Assembly: GCA_963677495.2 (NCBI GenBank)
Contig: CAXXOU010000001.1
Location: forward strand, 352,001-416,000
Reading direction: 5' to 3'
Origin: Candidatus Cloacimonadales bacterium
GTDB taxonomy: Bacteria; Cloacimonadota; Cloacimonadia; Cloacimonadales; JAFGVF01
DNA length: 64,000 nucleotides
The translations under genes were made by a program, and so were the position numbers. The notes below the pieces were generated by a model, which ran no database searches, was not told where the DNA came from, and saw only the letters and a program-made list of their open reading frames with translations. Shown here one piece after another: positions 1-10,560 of the stretch (within the stretch, counting starts at the first letter, position 1; every line of letters starts with the position of its first letter).

Positions 1-850
1 CAATAACAACAAAGTAAGTTTTGCCATCTTTACTCTTAAGCATTTCATCAATCTTAACAGCCATCTTTGCATCTCGATCAGGGAATAACCTATTGTAAAA
101 CTCCATATCCCCTTCACTTTCAGCCTGTTCTTTCATTTTCCCTTTTGTTGATTCATACATAGTTTTTGCATCACCTGAGATCCAAGCTTTTACCATAATA
201 TCCATCAACTCTTTCGTGTTTGCAAAGTTGTCTAATGTATATTCTAAGTAACCTTCTTGAGATTCATCAGGAATAGTTGTTAACAACTCAAGCTGACCAT
301 ATGCTGATTCTAACTCAACAATCTCTTTTTCTTTCTCGTTTGCCTTAGCAAGAAGGTGCATATCAATACCAAGTTCAGGTTTCATTCCTGCCTTTTGTAT
401 TTCGAGCATGCTTAAAGTTAAACTGAGATACCAAGGCTTAAACATATTGAACTGCTCAATAGACATATTAAGTTTATTAAGCTCCTCCCCTAACCTGGCG
501 TACAACTCAGGAGAGAGTTCACTTTTCAAGGTCTTACCATCTTTGTACATGCTTGATTCCATCACGAGCTTCTGTACTCTGTTTTGATCAATTTTAGTAG
601 CATCAGCTTCAACCACTAAAACATCTGACTCTTCAAATGCATTAGTAATTACTTCTTTTAGTGGGTAAACACTCTCAGGCATCAAGTGGATAGAACCGAG
701 AAGGTACAACTTAGACTCTCCCCCTTTGATCTCCCACATGAATGTCTTTTCACCTTTCTCTTCAGGTGCATCTGTCTTAACTGCTTTGTTTCCTGCACAG
801 CCGGCAAGAACTACGACCAACACTAATAATAATATACGAAATATTTTCAT
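1..850 (-). CDS. TraB/GumN family lipoprotein (3' end runs off the window)
   Basis: Not in the ORF track. Read manually on the minus strand from ATG 850 (GGAGG RBS): MKIFRIL..LAGC lipobox, FMWEIKG..KLYLLGSIH, GIDMHL, RDAKM, KTYFVVI at the window edge. These are typical TraB/GumN motifs. Confidence 0.8.
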   Translation of the reverse strand, partial: MKIFRILLLVLVVVLAGCAGNKAVKTDAPEEKGEKTFMWEIKGGESKLYLLGSIHLMPESVYPLKEVITNAFEESDVLVVEADATKIDQNRVQKLVMESSMYKDGKTLKSELSPELYARLGEELNKLNMSIEQFNMFKPWYLSLTLSMLEIQKAGMKPELGIDMHLLAKANEKEKEIVELESAYGQLELLTTIPDESQEGYLEYTLDNFANTKELMDIMVKAWISGDAKTMYESTKGKMKEQAESEGDMEFYNRLFPDRDAKMAVKIDEMLKSKDGKTYFVVI

Positions 851-859
851 TATTTCCTC

Positions 860-1105
860 CTATTTACTTGTTATTATACCTGTGAATACTAATATCACTG
901 AACCCAGTACGAATATTGCGGGAATATATTTACGTTTTGCGAATATAGGCAGATCATTGAGAATAAAGAACATCAATGATGAAGCTATTCCAAAACTCAT
1001 ATATGGTACTGCTCCATTATCTATCCACTTCATTACTGATTTATACAGAATTGCCACTAAACATATCAGCATTATCCACCAAATTGCAGGTACTTTCTTA
1101 TACAT
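860..1105 (-). CDS. small hypothetical membrane protein
   Basis: 81 aa, about three hydrophobic segments, overlaps the stop of the upstream gene. Confidence 0.6.
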   Translation of the reverse strand: MYKKVPAIWWIMLICLVAILYKSVMKWIDNGAVPYMSFGIASSLMFFILNDLPIFAKRKYIPAIFVLGSVILVFTGIITSK

Positions 1106-1739
1106 TTGAACTCCTCTTTTGCTCTTTTTCTACTACTATTGCCATCTTGACAAAGCTGATTATTACATATCCGGTTAGGATAATTGCTACTATTGCTGAC
1201 ACAATATAAAGATACTTATGCTCCATGATAACTTCTGAACTGATATGTGGTATCATATATCCAAAAATCATCCCAAAAACTACCATTCCTATAAAAACTG
1301 CAATTGTTGATATTATCTGCCTTTGCTTTTCACTAAACTTACTATCAAGTCCCGCTTCCAGAAACTTGTAACTGATAAAATAGGAAAGATAGCATACCCA
1401 CATAATCAATTCTATTGAGAACTTCGCTGATAAACTTGTCTTGTCGCTAATAATATATAGTAAGATTGAAGACAATCCGGTTATTACCCAACTGAGCTTA
1501 TGTGCTTTAAGCTTGTTTATCTTCTCCAGCTCATCAGTAAACAGTTTCGAGAAGAAAACATAATGCATGATAACCAGCATCACACCTATCACTACAAATA
1601 GTCTAACGATATGCAGAGTAATCTGCATATCCCCTACATTCATATGTTCTAAAACCCTAAGCCCTATCCATATCAACATGAATATGAATGTGAATAGATC
1701 AATCAAACCTTTACTTTTCTCAATTCTATCTATGTTCAC
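1098..1739 (-). CDS. hypothetical multi-pass membrane protein (DUF2178-like segment DELEKINKLKAHKLSW)
   Basis: 213 aa, about 6 TM segments, coupled to the XRE regulator gene. Confidence 0.65.
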   Translation of the reverse strand: MNIDRIEKSKGLIDLFTFIFMLIWIGLRVLEHMNVGDMQITLHIVRLFVVIGVMLVIMHYVFFSKLFTDELEKINKLKAHKLSWVITGLSSILLYIISDKTSLSAKFSIELIMWVCYLSYFISYKFLEAGLDSKFSEKQRQIISTIAVFIGMVVFGMIFGYMIPHISSEVIMEHKYLYIVSAIVAIILTGYVIISFVKMAIVVEKEQKRSSNV

Positions 1740-1951
1740 TTCTCCTCCTTAAGCTCGAAGACCTCTTCTACTGTTGTCTCAAAGAAACGAGCAATCTTGA
1801 TTGCTAACACAGTAGAGGGAACGAACCTCCCTGTTTCTATCGTATTAATCGTTTTCCGGGTAACCCCTATCTTCTCAGCTAAATCTTTCTGCGAGATATT
1901 GAACTTAGCTCTAAAGACTTTAATGTTATTATCTAACTTCTCTTTATCCAT
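1736..1951 (-). CDS. XRE/Cro-family HTH transcriptional regulator
   Basis: NNIKVFRAKFNISQKDLAEKIGVTRKTINTIETGRFVPS; start moved to ATG 1951 behind a GAGG RBS. Confidence 0.9.
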   Translation of the reverse strand: MDKEKLDNNIKVFRAKFNISQKDLAEKIGVTRKTINTIETGRFVPSTVLAIKIARFFETTVEEVFELKEEK

Positions 1952-2010
1952 TGTTACCTCACTTTCACAAGCTTTCTTGTAACCTTTCATTCTCATTGTG
2001 TCACTCAATA

Positions 2011-2065
2011 GTTACTTTTTGTAACCCATAGGTTACTCTTTATCCAATTACTCATATCTTGTCAA
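2011..2065 (-). promoter_or_regulatory. putative promoter and autoregulatory operator of the XRE operon
   Basis: TTGACA on the minus strand at 2060-2065; chained GTTAC/GTAAC inverted half-sites at 2011-2036 (gttactttttgtaacccataggttac). Confidence 0.45.
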
Positions 2066-2136
2066 TAAAAAAGATTTTGACTTAAACTTGTCAGAATGCT
2101 AATTGAGAGCTGAAAGACTAATAAAAGGGGGCAACA

Positions 2137-2493
2137 ATGCTCACAAAAATAAATATATCAGTAACCAATTATGAGATAATGAAAGAGTTTTACTCCAAAG
2201 TCTTTGAGTTAAAGTTTAATGAAGTATCATTGGGTGAGTTTAGTATGGCTACAGTTAAAATGGATTCGATTTCTCTAACACTCGTACCAATAGAGATATC
2301 AGGCGTAAGTGCTGATGTAAACAACATCCAGTTGGGGTTTGAGTTGTCTAATCTTGAAAGCATCCTTAATCTTGTTGAGAAGTATAAAGGCAAAATCAAA
2401 GATCCTCTACAAGTATCAGGAAATAGTAAGTATGCCGGTATCTATGACCCTGATGGCAACACCATTGAACTATTAGAAAAGCCTGCTGAATAG
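2137..2493 (+). CDS. VOC/glyoxalase family protein
   Basis: FYSKVF near the N-terminus and the C-terminal DPDGNTIEL motif. Confidence 0.85.
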   Translation: MLTKINISVTNYEIMKEFYSKVFELKFNEVSLGEFSMATVKMDSISLTLVPIEISGVSADVNNIQLGFELSNLESILNLVEKYKGKIKDPLQVSGNSKYAGIYDPDGNTIELLEKPAE

Positions 2494-2506
2494 TAGCAGG
2501 CTTTTC
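2477..2506. terminator. intrinsic terminator between convergent genes
   Basis: aaaagcctgct-gaatagt-agcaggctttt hairpin. Confidence 0.7.
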
Positions 2507-2558
2507 TATGCTTTATCATTAGTTCGACGTTCAACGTCGAAGTACAATTAATCTAAGG

Positions 2559-3968
2559 CTATTTCTTCTTCTTCCTCAGCATAAACTCTTTCTTTTGCAG
2601 ATAATCATATCTAAGATTACGTCCCGGTTGGAAGCTAAATGCCATAATTGAGTCATGACCTTCTTTGAGGGAAGCATAATCAGCAAAATCAAGAGTCTTA
2701 ATCACCGCTGCAAAGACTCTTATTGCACCGGAATGATCAGCTAAAACGATTCTATGACCTAGATTCTTCTTAAGTAACTCAACAAAACTGAAAGCGATAC
2801 GCCAGTCAGATTCAAGCAAGGTTTCACCTTCAGGGAAATGGAAGAACCTGTTCTTAAAGTATTTCTTAACCTTCGACTTAAGTTCTTCAGGAGTTCCACC
2901 CCATTCATCTTTATAAATCTCTATTGTCTTTGCGAATATATCTTTCTTGTACTTATGAGTTAAAGCACCATACTTCTGTGAGTTCAGCCCATACACAGGA
3001 TTGAATAGAAGATTAGTATAGCCACCTTCCTGCAGGAAGTATCTGGCAGTTTGCTCAGTGTTCTCTGATTCACTTCCATAGACTAAGATTGGGTTATCTT
3101 TACTCCAAGACCAAAGTGAATAATTCTGTTTCTCTAGACAATCCACAACAACCTTAAAGTCTTTTCCTAGCTCTTTTGCTGTGTTTATACCATCTTCATG
3201 CAGATAATTACCAATTGAACCCGGAATACGCCTGTTATTTTCCCAGCTATCCCAATAACCGGAGCCAACAAAGACAGGATTGTCACCACCGGATTCATGA
3301 TGCGAGCGACCATGACGCACGAGTAGAACCTGAGTCTGATTAATTGGTACATAAGCTTGTGGGAAAAGAGGTATAGCTTTGTCATTAGGCAACCAAACAA
3401 TACCTTCCTGCATGGTGAGACCACTACCATCATCAAGTAAACGACCGTTCTTACGTCGCTTGCCTTTCTCATCTGTAGCCATATCATCAGCAAGTACTAG
3501 TTTAGTTCTATATCGGGTCATACTTGAACCGATATGTGGGATATTTTGAGGGCAGAGCTCGTTATTAAAACGCCTTAAATTAAAAACATGCATCATCAGA
3601 CGTTTGAAACTGTCATTTTTAATTAATCCATTCCAAGCTAGGAAGAAGAGATGAGGATTCCCACCTGAAAAGTAGTTGTTAATAAATTCATATTTTCTCT
3701 TAATATATGAGCTTGGTGTAAAGTTCTTATCCATAGACAGGATAAAGAAGTAGATCCGCTTACCTAAATGCTTAAGGTTGTTTATCATCTCAGGAGTCAC
3801 ACTCTTCTCGTTTAATCCTGTCTTACCATCATATACCATATTGAGGAATCTAATATCATTTGTCACAGACTCAACAGTGTAACAATTATGAAACTCTCTA
3901 TGCTCACGATGAGAAATAGCACTAATAGTGCTCGACTTTGCTTCTTTCTTTTCATTTTCTTTGGTCAT
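2559..3968 (-). CDS. histidine phosphatase superfamily protein with a ~200-aa unknown N-terminal domain
   Basis: LLVRHG, FPEGE and DHSGAIR motifs in the C-terminal half; likely start MTKENE at 3968 with GGAGG RBS. Confidence 0.7.
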   Translation of the reverse strand: MTKENEKKEAKSSTISAISHREHREFHNCYTVESVTNDIRFLNMVYDGKTGLNEKSVTPEMINNLKHLGKRIYFFILSMDKNFTPSSYIKRKYEFINNYFSGGNPHLFFLAWNGLIKNDSFKRLMMHVFNLRRFNNELCPQNIPHIGSSMTRYRTKLVLADDMATDEKGKRRKNGRLLDDGSGLTMQEGIVWLPNDKAIPLFPQAYVPINQTQVLLVRHGRSHHESGGDNPVFVGSGYWDSWENNRRIPGSIGNYLHEDGINTAKELGKDFKVVVDCLEKQNYSLWSWSKDNPILVYGSESENTEQTARYFLQEGGYTNLLFNPVYGLNSQKYGALTHKYKKDIFAKTIEIYKDEWGGTPEELKSKVKKYFKNRFFHFPEGETLLESDWRIAFSFVELLKKNLGHRIVLADHSGAIRVFAAVIKTLDFADYASLKEGHDSIMAFSFQPGRNLRYDYLQKKEFMLRKKKK

Positions 3969-4075
3969 TATAACCTCCAATCTTAAAGTCATTATATAAT
4001 TTACGGGATTGATTCAAGCTGGCAATAAAAAAAGAATAACCTCTTTGTTTTGCACATTGAATAGAATTCAGTTTC

Positions 4076-4142
4076 AACTAAAAGAGGGAGTTCGCCGGAG
4101 TTTCACAAGGGTGAAATGAAAGCGGACTTCCTCTTTTAGTTG
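4076..4142 (+). other. structured intergenic hairpin, copy A of a motif also at 10516
   Basis: ~21-bp outer stem caactaaaagagggagttcgc/gcggacttcctcttttagttg with G-U pairs, plus inner stem tttcac/gtgaaa. Confidence 0.55.
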
Positions 4143-4247
4143 AATACGAACAGGACTATGGAGTGCACCTTCTATGCAGGTGCATCTTGTCACGAGACTA
4201 AATCTTGCAACTTACCGCTATTCACCCCAATGGGATCGAATATATAC

Positions 4248-5675
4248 CTATTTAATCTTAGTAATCTTCAATGTCCATGCAAAATCACATGGTGGTTTAC
4301 TTATAACCTCTTTGGGGATTATAACTTCGCAACCCTTGCGACCCTTCTTAGTCCATTTTAAAGGTTTATCATATCCCAGAAGATATAGCTCAGCTCCTTT
4401 GGCAGGACGATGAGAGTCAATTGTAACCGTTTCAGGCATAACCTTCTCATCTTCCTCACAGAGATAATAGAAATATGTTGAACCATCCTTTAGCTGAGTC
4501 ATACAAATATTACTCTCTTTATAAGGAGCTAATGGTTTACTATTGTATATACCCTCACTGTTAACATTCATCCATGTAGCCATGCCTTCCAAGCGTTTAT
4601 ATGCATCCGGAGCCCAATCACCATCGGGTGTAGGTCCGATGTTCAGTAAGAGGTTTCCGCCTTTAGCAACAACGTTTACCAGTAGATGTACAAGCTCTTT
4701 AACAGATTTATACTTATGTTCTTTGTTGTAGGACCAACCCGGTGCCATTGGAACACACGCTTCCCATGGAACTAATAAAGCTTCTTCAGGGACTTTATTC
4801 TCGGGAGTCAAATAGTTCTCATACTCACCGGCAACCCAACGGTCAACAATAATCAAATCCTTTTGATGTGATCTTGCCATCTTCGCAAGAGAAGCCATAT
4901 CTATATCCTGATTATAATCTTTAGTAATCGCCCAATCCTTGAACCCATCAGGTGTATTATCTCTTGGTCTCACCCACGCACCGTCGAGCCAAAGAAGGTC
5001 AATCTTACCGTAGTTTGTCATCAGCTCTTCGATCTGCTTATTAGTAAACTTCTTAAAGTTTTCCCACTTCTCAGGATATTTATTAGGGTTGTAATTAACA
5101 TGTCTTGGACCTTTTGGATAAAATGACCACCAGTAATCTTCGCAGTGCCAATCAGGTTTAGAGAAATAGGCACCAATCCAGAAGTCATCCTTTCTGAAAG
5201 TATCAAATATCTCTTTAGTTATATCTGCACGAGGTTGACGTGAAAATGGAGTTTTAGGTGAAGTTATCTTGTAATCGGTTGTCTCGGTATCAAACATACA
5301 GAACCCGTCATGGTGCTTGGTTGTAAATACAACATATTTCATACCTGCATCTTTAGCTGCATCTGCCCATTTCTGTGGATCAAAAAACACCGGATTAAAG
5401 GTTCTTTGAAGATTCTCATAATCTTCCAGATAATCAGGGTAGTTCTCATACCTTGCTAAATCACGCCCAATCCACTCCTCTGAGCAGAGTGTCCATGATT
5501 CCATAACTCCCCATTGTGAGTAAGGTCCCCAATGCATCATTAAACCAAACTTCAGATCCTGAAAATCGGCAATCTTCTCCCTCACACCCTCATCTTTAGG
5601 TTCAAAGTACTCTTTGTTGTAGGCATATGCGAATGTTATCCCAAGTACTAATAGTAGAACTAACAGCTTTTTCAT
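4248..5675 (-). CDS. alpha-L-fucosidase (GH29), secreted
   Basis: KFGLMMHWG, AGMKYVVFTTKHHDGFCMFD, LLWLDG, GGNLLLNIGP; N-terminal signal peptide. Confidence 0.93.
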   Translation of the reverse strand: MKKLLVLLLVLGITFAYAYNKEYFEPKDEGVREKIADFQDLKFGLMMHWGPYSQWGVMESWTLCSEEWIGRDLARYENYPDYLEDYENLQRTFNPVFFDPQKWADAAKDAGMKYVVFTTKHHDGFCMFDTETTDYKITSPKTPFSRQPRADITKEIFDTFRKDDFWIGAYFSKPDWHCEDYWWSFYPKGPRHVNYNPNKYPEKWENFKKFTNKQIEELMTNYGKIDLLWLDGAWVRPRDNTPDGFKDWAITKDYNQDIDMASLAKMARSHQKDLIIVDRWVAGEYENYLTPENKVPEEALLVPWEACVPMAPGWSYNKEHKYKSVKELVHLLVNVVAKGGNLLLNIGPTPDGDWAPDAYKRLEGMATWMNVNSEGIYNSKPLAPYKESNICMTQLKDGSTYFYYLCEEDEKVMPETVTIDSHRPAKGAELYLLGYDKPLKWTKKGRKGCEVIIPKEVISKPPCDFAWTLKITKIK

Positions 5676-5802
5676 AATATCCCCTTTGTGATCAATCGAA
5701 TGGAGTAAGATTCCTTATCAAAGCCTGTCAAATTATATTTTGTATCTCCTAAGCGGTTTAGGAAGTATGAGGATCTCTCGGAACCACCTTAAACACAATT
5801 TG

Positions 5803-6463
5803 TCATCCTGAGCGAAGTGAATGCAGTGAAGCGAAATGAACGCAGTCGTAAGGATCTCTCGGAACTTCTTTAGTTACTATCCTGAAAGAAGTATTGACTT
5901 ATCCCATGCCTTGAAAAGGCATTTATTCATCATAAGCCTTGAAAAGGCGCAAGTTCAATAGCCACATGCCTTGGCATGTGGTTCCGAATCATAAAAATTA
6001 TTCAGCCCTAAAGGGGCGTAACATCCCCACACAAATCCAACCCACGCCCCTTCAGGGCTACATCTTAATTTGGGATATATACCCCAAGCGACAAGTCGCA
6101 TGGGGCTATTAAACAGTCGCTCTTTCAGAGCTTATCATCCTGAGCGAAGTGAATGCAGTGAAACGAAATGAACGCAGTCGTGAGGATCTCTCGGAACTTC
6201 TTTAGTTACTATCCGGAAAGAGTATTGACTTATCCCAAGCATTGAAAAGGCATTTATTCATCATAAGCCTTGAAAAGGCGCAAGTTCAATAGCCACATGC
6301 CTTGGCATGTGGTTCAGAATCAAAAATATTATTCAGCCCTAAAGGGGCGTAACATCCCCACACAAATCCAACTCACGCCCCTTCAGGGCTACATCTCCAT
6401 TTGGGATATATACCCCAAGCGACAAGTCGCATGGGGCTATTAAACAGTCGCTCTTTCAGAGCT
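5803..6463. repeat. tandem duplication (2 x ~330 bp) of a composite REP/BIME-like palindrome cluster
   Basis: 5803-6132 and 6135-6463 are near-identical. Each contains tcatcctgagcgaag...ggatct, gccttgaaaaggc, ccacatgccttggcatgtgg and agccctaaaggggcg...cgccccttcagggct. Confidence 0.9.
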
Positions 6464-6677
6464 AATTCCCACACAAATCCAACCCACACCTCTATCATTG
6501 CACCATCATAATAAGACAAAATCTTACAACCTTTCCTACCCAAAATCTTACCACTTTCTTATGACCTACCCCCGGGAACCCTCAAGAGACTCCCAAAAAT
6601 CGGACAACTTTCGTTCACTTATTATGATAGTGGAATAAGAGTTTAATCTACCCCGGATGATACATAGATCTGGCTGA

Positions 6678-6766
6678 CTTGACCACGGGTTGTCCACGGG
6701 TAAACCGCGGGTTAACCACGGCTCCCGTCGTTTAGGCGTGGTTTACCCGTGGTTCATCCGTGGTTA
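6678..6766. repeat. 89-bp palindromic element of 11-bp CCACGG units (copy 1; copy 2 at 32381)
   Basis: four direct 11-bp units followed by three inverted units; 83/89 identical to 32381-32469 by manual alignment. Confidence 0.88.
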
Positions 6767-6814
6767 TTTGTACGACTTTTGGCAAGGCTAATGCCAATTT
6801 GCCCCCATTCAATT

Positions 6815-6876
6815 CTTGATAGACACTTGATACACACCTGATACTCTCTTAATACTCACTTGATCAAAGCATCAAG
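6815..6876. repeat. 11-bp-period array with CTTGAT core
   Basis: cttgatagaca cttgatacaca cctgatactct cttaatactca cttgat...atcaag. Confidence 0.75.
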
Positions 6877-7026
6877 TTAGTCACATGTTGTGGATAACTG
6901 AAATATTTTTGAGTATTTGCTATTGAATGGGGGGATATGGAGGAATCTGAAAGTGCAAAGTACCCGGTAAAGAAGACTGATTGTTATGAGTCTGAAAAAG
7001 GATTGCAGTATACTTTAATCCGTTTT

Positions 7027-7596
7027 TTATTCTAAATCAACTGCTCTTCCATTATTATCTACTTTAACATGCAGTATTACATCCTCATATTCAGAAGTGA
7101 GTATCAATGAGTTATGTTTGTATGATACCACTATATTGTACTTGTCTCTGACACTCTGATCTAACCAATATCTACTGTCACGGGCAGTAGTTTCCCAATT
7201 CTTACTAGCCCCACCCATTGCAGCAGGTTTGTAGTAATAAGCAAAAGCCTTTGAAGCAAGAGATTGCAATTGAGCTCTAACCTCAGGTTCATAATCAACG
7301 TTATTAGTCGATGTTGCTACAAACAATGAAACACCCAAAATTGAAGTAATTAGCCAAATGACTAACGAAATTGGTATAATAAGGTGAGTCCAGATTAGAA
7401 ATAACAAACACCCACGACCTTTAGGTTGAATGTTTGTCTCTTCCATATATTGTTTAGACTTTTTCAAGAAAACAAGGTTAACTATTAGACCTACAATATA
7501 AAAACCAAGATAATACAGAAGTAAGTTTACCCATGCAATGAGTACATATGATTTAGGTTCAGGTTGATAAGAATTCTGTCTATCGTCTTGTTGCAT
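7027..7596 (-). CDS. hypothetical membrane protein with a pilin-like C-terminal part
   Basis: two TM segments, then LQSLASKAFAYYYKPAAMGG. Confidence 0.55.
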   Translation of the reverse strand: MQQDDRQNSYQPEPKSYVLIAWVNLLLYYLGFYIVGLIVNLVFLKKSKQYMEETNIQPKGRGCLLFLIWTHLIIPISLVIWLITSILGVSLFVATSTNNVDYEPEVRAQLQSLASKAFAYYYKPAAMGGASKNWETTARDSRYWLDQSVRDKYNIVVSYKHNSLILTSEYEDVILHVKVDNNGRAVDLE

Positions 7597-7604
7597 AAAA
7601 CCTA

Positions 7605-8228
7605 CTATTTACTTACTAATTTGACTACCTTCTCCACCATCTCATCAGGTGTTTGTTTCCAATCAAGGATAAGGTCTGCTTTTGTTTTTACTTGGTTCAG
7701 AATCTCGACATATACTCTTTGTGTAGAGGTGATGTAGTTACTCAAATAATCCTTTTGGTGGTCTATGACATACTTAAGTCCATTCATTAAATCCTCTTTG
7801 GTGTACTCTTCAAGTTTATCCATTGGAATCTGTTCATTATTTCTAAGTATACGCCTTGCGAGTGAGATCTCAGGGGGAGTATCAATAACTATAAGATAAT
7901 CTATTAAATCAGCTAGTTCATCACGTTGCTTACCTGTAGGCTCTTCAAAGATAATGTAATCATTGGGTAAGATCTCTTCATCTGTGTGAGGATGTTTGAT
8001 TGCTTCTCCTGCCTTAAGCTTTCTGAGAGCATCAGTAAGTTCAGGACATTCCCATTCATTCAGATCTGCTCCATCAGCTAACCATTTAGGAATATCTTGA
8101 GGGTAGTGTTTATCCATAAAATAGTCATCAAAGAAGAGACGTGTAGCATTCATTTTATCTGCTAATTTGTTAACTAAAGTTGTCTTTCCACCACCTGAAA
8201 TGGCACTTACTGCGATTACGTAGGACAT
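7605..8228 (-). CDS. P-loop kinase (uridine kinase-like)
   Basis: Walker A ISGGGKTT, plus FFDDY and IDTPPEISLARRILR. Confidence 0.75.
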   Translation of the reverse strand: MSYVIAVSAISGGGKTTLVNKLADKMNATRLFFDDYFMDKHYPQDIPKWLADGADLNEWECPELTDALRKLKAGEAIKHPHTDEEILPNDYIIFEEPTGKQRDELADLIDYLIVIDTPPEISLARRILRNNEQIPMDKLEEYTKEDLMNGLKYVIDHQKDYLSNYITSTQRVYVEILNQVKTKADLILDWKQTPDEMVEKVVKLVSK

Positions 8229-8496
8229 TATAGCTCCTTAGAAATGTAGTTTTGTTATCAATAAAATCTACTATTATGACTGATAGTCAACTAATTTATG
8301 ATTGAATCATAGAATTTATTGAAAGGGTGCAACTAGAGAGTTAATGGGGGTAATAGCCAGAAAAAAGATAGAAAGATTGACACGAAAAGAGGTTAGGTAA
8401 TTTTATACCATTCTAATTAGTATTAAGAATTAGTAGTATTTAAGAGAGATTGGAGTTCGTTTATCCCAATCTGAAACGAATAAATGAGGTATTAAC

Positions 8497-10182
8497 ATGA
8501 ACGACAAGACAAAAGAAGGCTTGGAAAAAAGCTCTAACTTTATCAAGGAGATTGTAGAGTTAGATTTGGAAAATGGCAAGCATGGTGGAAAAGTACATAC
8601 ACGTTTCCCACCAGAGCCCAACGGTTATTTACACATCGGGCATGCTAAAGCTATCTGCATAGACTTTGGCATCGCCAAGGATTATCAAGGTCAATGCAAC
8701 CTTCGTTTTGACGATACCAATCCGATTCAAGAAGACATTGAGTATGTTGAATCTATCCAAGAAGATATCAAATGGCTTGGTTTCGATTGGGAAGACAGGA
8801 TGTATTATGCCTCTGATTACTTTGAGAAACTATATGCCTATGCAGTTGAACTTATCAAAATGGGCAAAGCCTATGTTGATGATTTAACTCCGGAAGAGAT
8901 AAGAGAGTATCGTGGTGAAATAAAAGTTCCCGGTAAGAACAGTCCATATCGTGACCGTTCAGTTGAAGAGAACCTTGATCTATTCGAGAGAATGAGAGCA
9001 GGTGAGTTCGAAGATGGTTCAAAGACCTTACGCTCAAAGATTGATATGAGCTCAGGCAATATGAATATGAGAGACCCTATAATCTACAGGATTAAGAGAG
9101 CTCATCATCATAGAACCGGAGATAAATGGTGCATTTATCCGATGTATGATTTCACTCACTGTCTTTCTGATATGCTTGAGGGAATCACACATTCTCTTTG
9201 TACGCTTGAGTTTGAAGACCACAGACCACTTTATGACTGGTATCTTGATAACCTTAAGACTCCATGTCATCCACAGCAAATTGAGTTTGCACGACTTAAT
9301 GTGACTTATACATTAACCAGTAAACGTAAACTCCAAAAGCTTGTGAACGATGGAATAGTTGCCGGCTGGGATGACCCAAGAATGCCAACTATCAGTGGAT
9401 TACGTAGACGTGGTTTTACATCAGGTTCTATCAAGGACTTCTGCGATAGAGTTGGTGTTGCCAAAGCAGCGAGTGTTGTGGACATAGCTCTCTTGAACTT
9501 CTGTCTCAGAGAAGAGTTGAACAAAACTGCCAACCGTGTGATGGTTGTACTTGATCCATTGAAAGTGGTGATTGATAACTATCCTGAGGATAAAGTTGAA
9601 TGGTTCGATGCTGAGAACAACCCTGAAGATGAGAACGGTGGCACAAGAAAGGTTCCTTTCACTAAAGAGTTCTATATCGAAAGAGAAGATTTCAGAGAGG
9701 AAGCTAATCGTAAGTACTTCCGTATGAAACTTGGTCATGAAGTAAGAATCAAGCATGCTTATTATGTGAAAGCTGAGTCAGTTGTGAAAGATGATGCAGG
9801 TAATATAATGGAAGTGCATTGTACTTATGACCCAGCTTCTCGTGGTGGTTGGACTGATGACGGCCGTAAAGTTAAAGGTACTCTACATTGGGTATCTGCA
9901 GCTCATGCAGTGCCGGCAGAGGTTCGTTTGTATGATAATCTGTTTACAGAGGAGAATCCGGGTAAATCAGATAAAGAGATATCTGAAATCCTGAATCCTA
10001 ACTCTGTTGAAGTTATTGAAGCATTAGCTGAACCATCACTTAAAGAGTTGAAACCTGAGACAAGTGTCCAGTTCTTACGCAAGGGTTATTTCATCACTGA
10101 TAGATATGACCATTCAGCAGAAAAGCTTGTATTTAATAGAACAGTAGGACTCAGAGACAGTTTTGCAAAGAAAGTAAAATAA
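8497..10182 (+). CDS. glnS: glutamine--tRNA ligase
   Basis: [39 protein letters not shown]. Confidence 0.97.
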   Translation: MNDKTKEGLEKSSNFIKEIVELDLENGKHGGKVHTRFPPEPNGYLHIGHAKAICIDFGIAKDYQGQCNLRFDDTNPIQEDIEYVESIQEDIKWLGFDWEDRMYYASDYFEKLYAYAVELIKMGKAYVDDLTPEEIREYRGEIKVPGKNSPYRDRSVEENLDLFERMRAGEFEDGSKTLRSKIDMSSGNMNMRDPIIYRIKRAHHHRTGDKWCIYPMYDFTHCLSDMLEGITHSLCTLEFEDHRPLYDWYLDNLKTPCHPQQIEFARLNVTYTLTSKRKLQKLVNDGIVAGWDDPRMPTISGLRRRGFTSGSIKDFCDRVGVAKAASVVDIALLNFCLREELNKTANRVMVVLDPLKVVIDNYPEDKVEWFDAENNPEDENGGTRKVPFTKEFYIEREDFREEANRKYFRMKLGHEVRIKHAYYVKAESVVKDDAGNIMEVHCTYDPASRGGWTDDGRKVKGTLHWVSAAHAVPAEVRLYDNLFTEENPGKSDKEISEILNPNSVEVIEALAEPSLKELKPETSVQFLRKGYFITDRYDHSAEKLVFNRTVGLRDSFAKKVK

Positions 10183-10275
10183 ATAGATATGGATAATGGT
10201 GAGTAGAATAAATTACTTGCCAAAAGCGAGATAGAATTTTTTTTGTCTCAAAAGAATATTTCAGGAAGGTGAATA

Positions 10276-10467
10276 ATGTCTAGAATATGCGATGTTTGTG
10301 GCAAAAGCTCAATGGTTGGCAACAATAGATCTCACGCATTAAACGCGACTAAGAGAAGATTCCAGCCTAACTTGTTCAATATCAAGGCTGAGATTAAAGG
10401 TGAAGTTAGAAAGATTAAAATCTGTGCTTCATGTCTCAAAGCTAACAAAGTAAGAAAAGTTGTATAA
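10276..10467 (+). CDS. rpmB: 50S ribosomal protein L28 (zinc-ribbon form)
   Basis: [36 protein letters not shown]. Confidence 0.97.
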   Translation: MSRICDVCGKSSMVGNNRSHALNATKRRFQPNLFNIKAEIKGEVRKIKICASCLKANKVRKVV

Positions 10468-10486
10468 TATATAACTAAGAATATTT

Positions 10487-10514
10487 AAAGCGAGAGTGTA
10501 AGCTCTCGCTTTTT
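10487..10514 (+). terminator. rpmB terminator
   Basis: aaagcgagag-tgtaag-ctctcgcttttt. Confidence 0.85.
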
Positions 10515-10515
10515 A

Positions 10516-10560
10516 TTTAAAGGAGTTTGTCGGCCTGATAAGGCAACGGACTTCCTTAAA
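10516..10560 (+). other. structured hairpin, copy B of the 4076 motif
   Basis: GGAGTTTGTCGG...ACGGACTTCC with inner stem gcct-gata-aggc. Confidence 0.5.

Noticed and set aside
726..1209. + strand ORFs of 127 and 77 aa
   Set aside because: They are antisense to the real minus-strand TraB/GumN and membrane protein genes
4140..4245. c-di-AMP (ydaO) riboswitch suggested by UUGGGGUGAAU on the minus strand
   Set aside because: The other conserved blocks (GCUGAAUCC, GGGGGAACC, CCCGUCAGCUAACC) are absent
5803..6463. CRISPR array
   Set aside because: Whole 330-bp units are duplicated with no unique spacers, and there are no cas genes in the window
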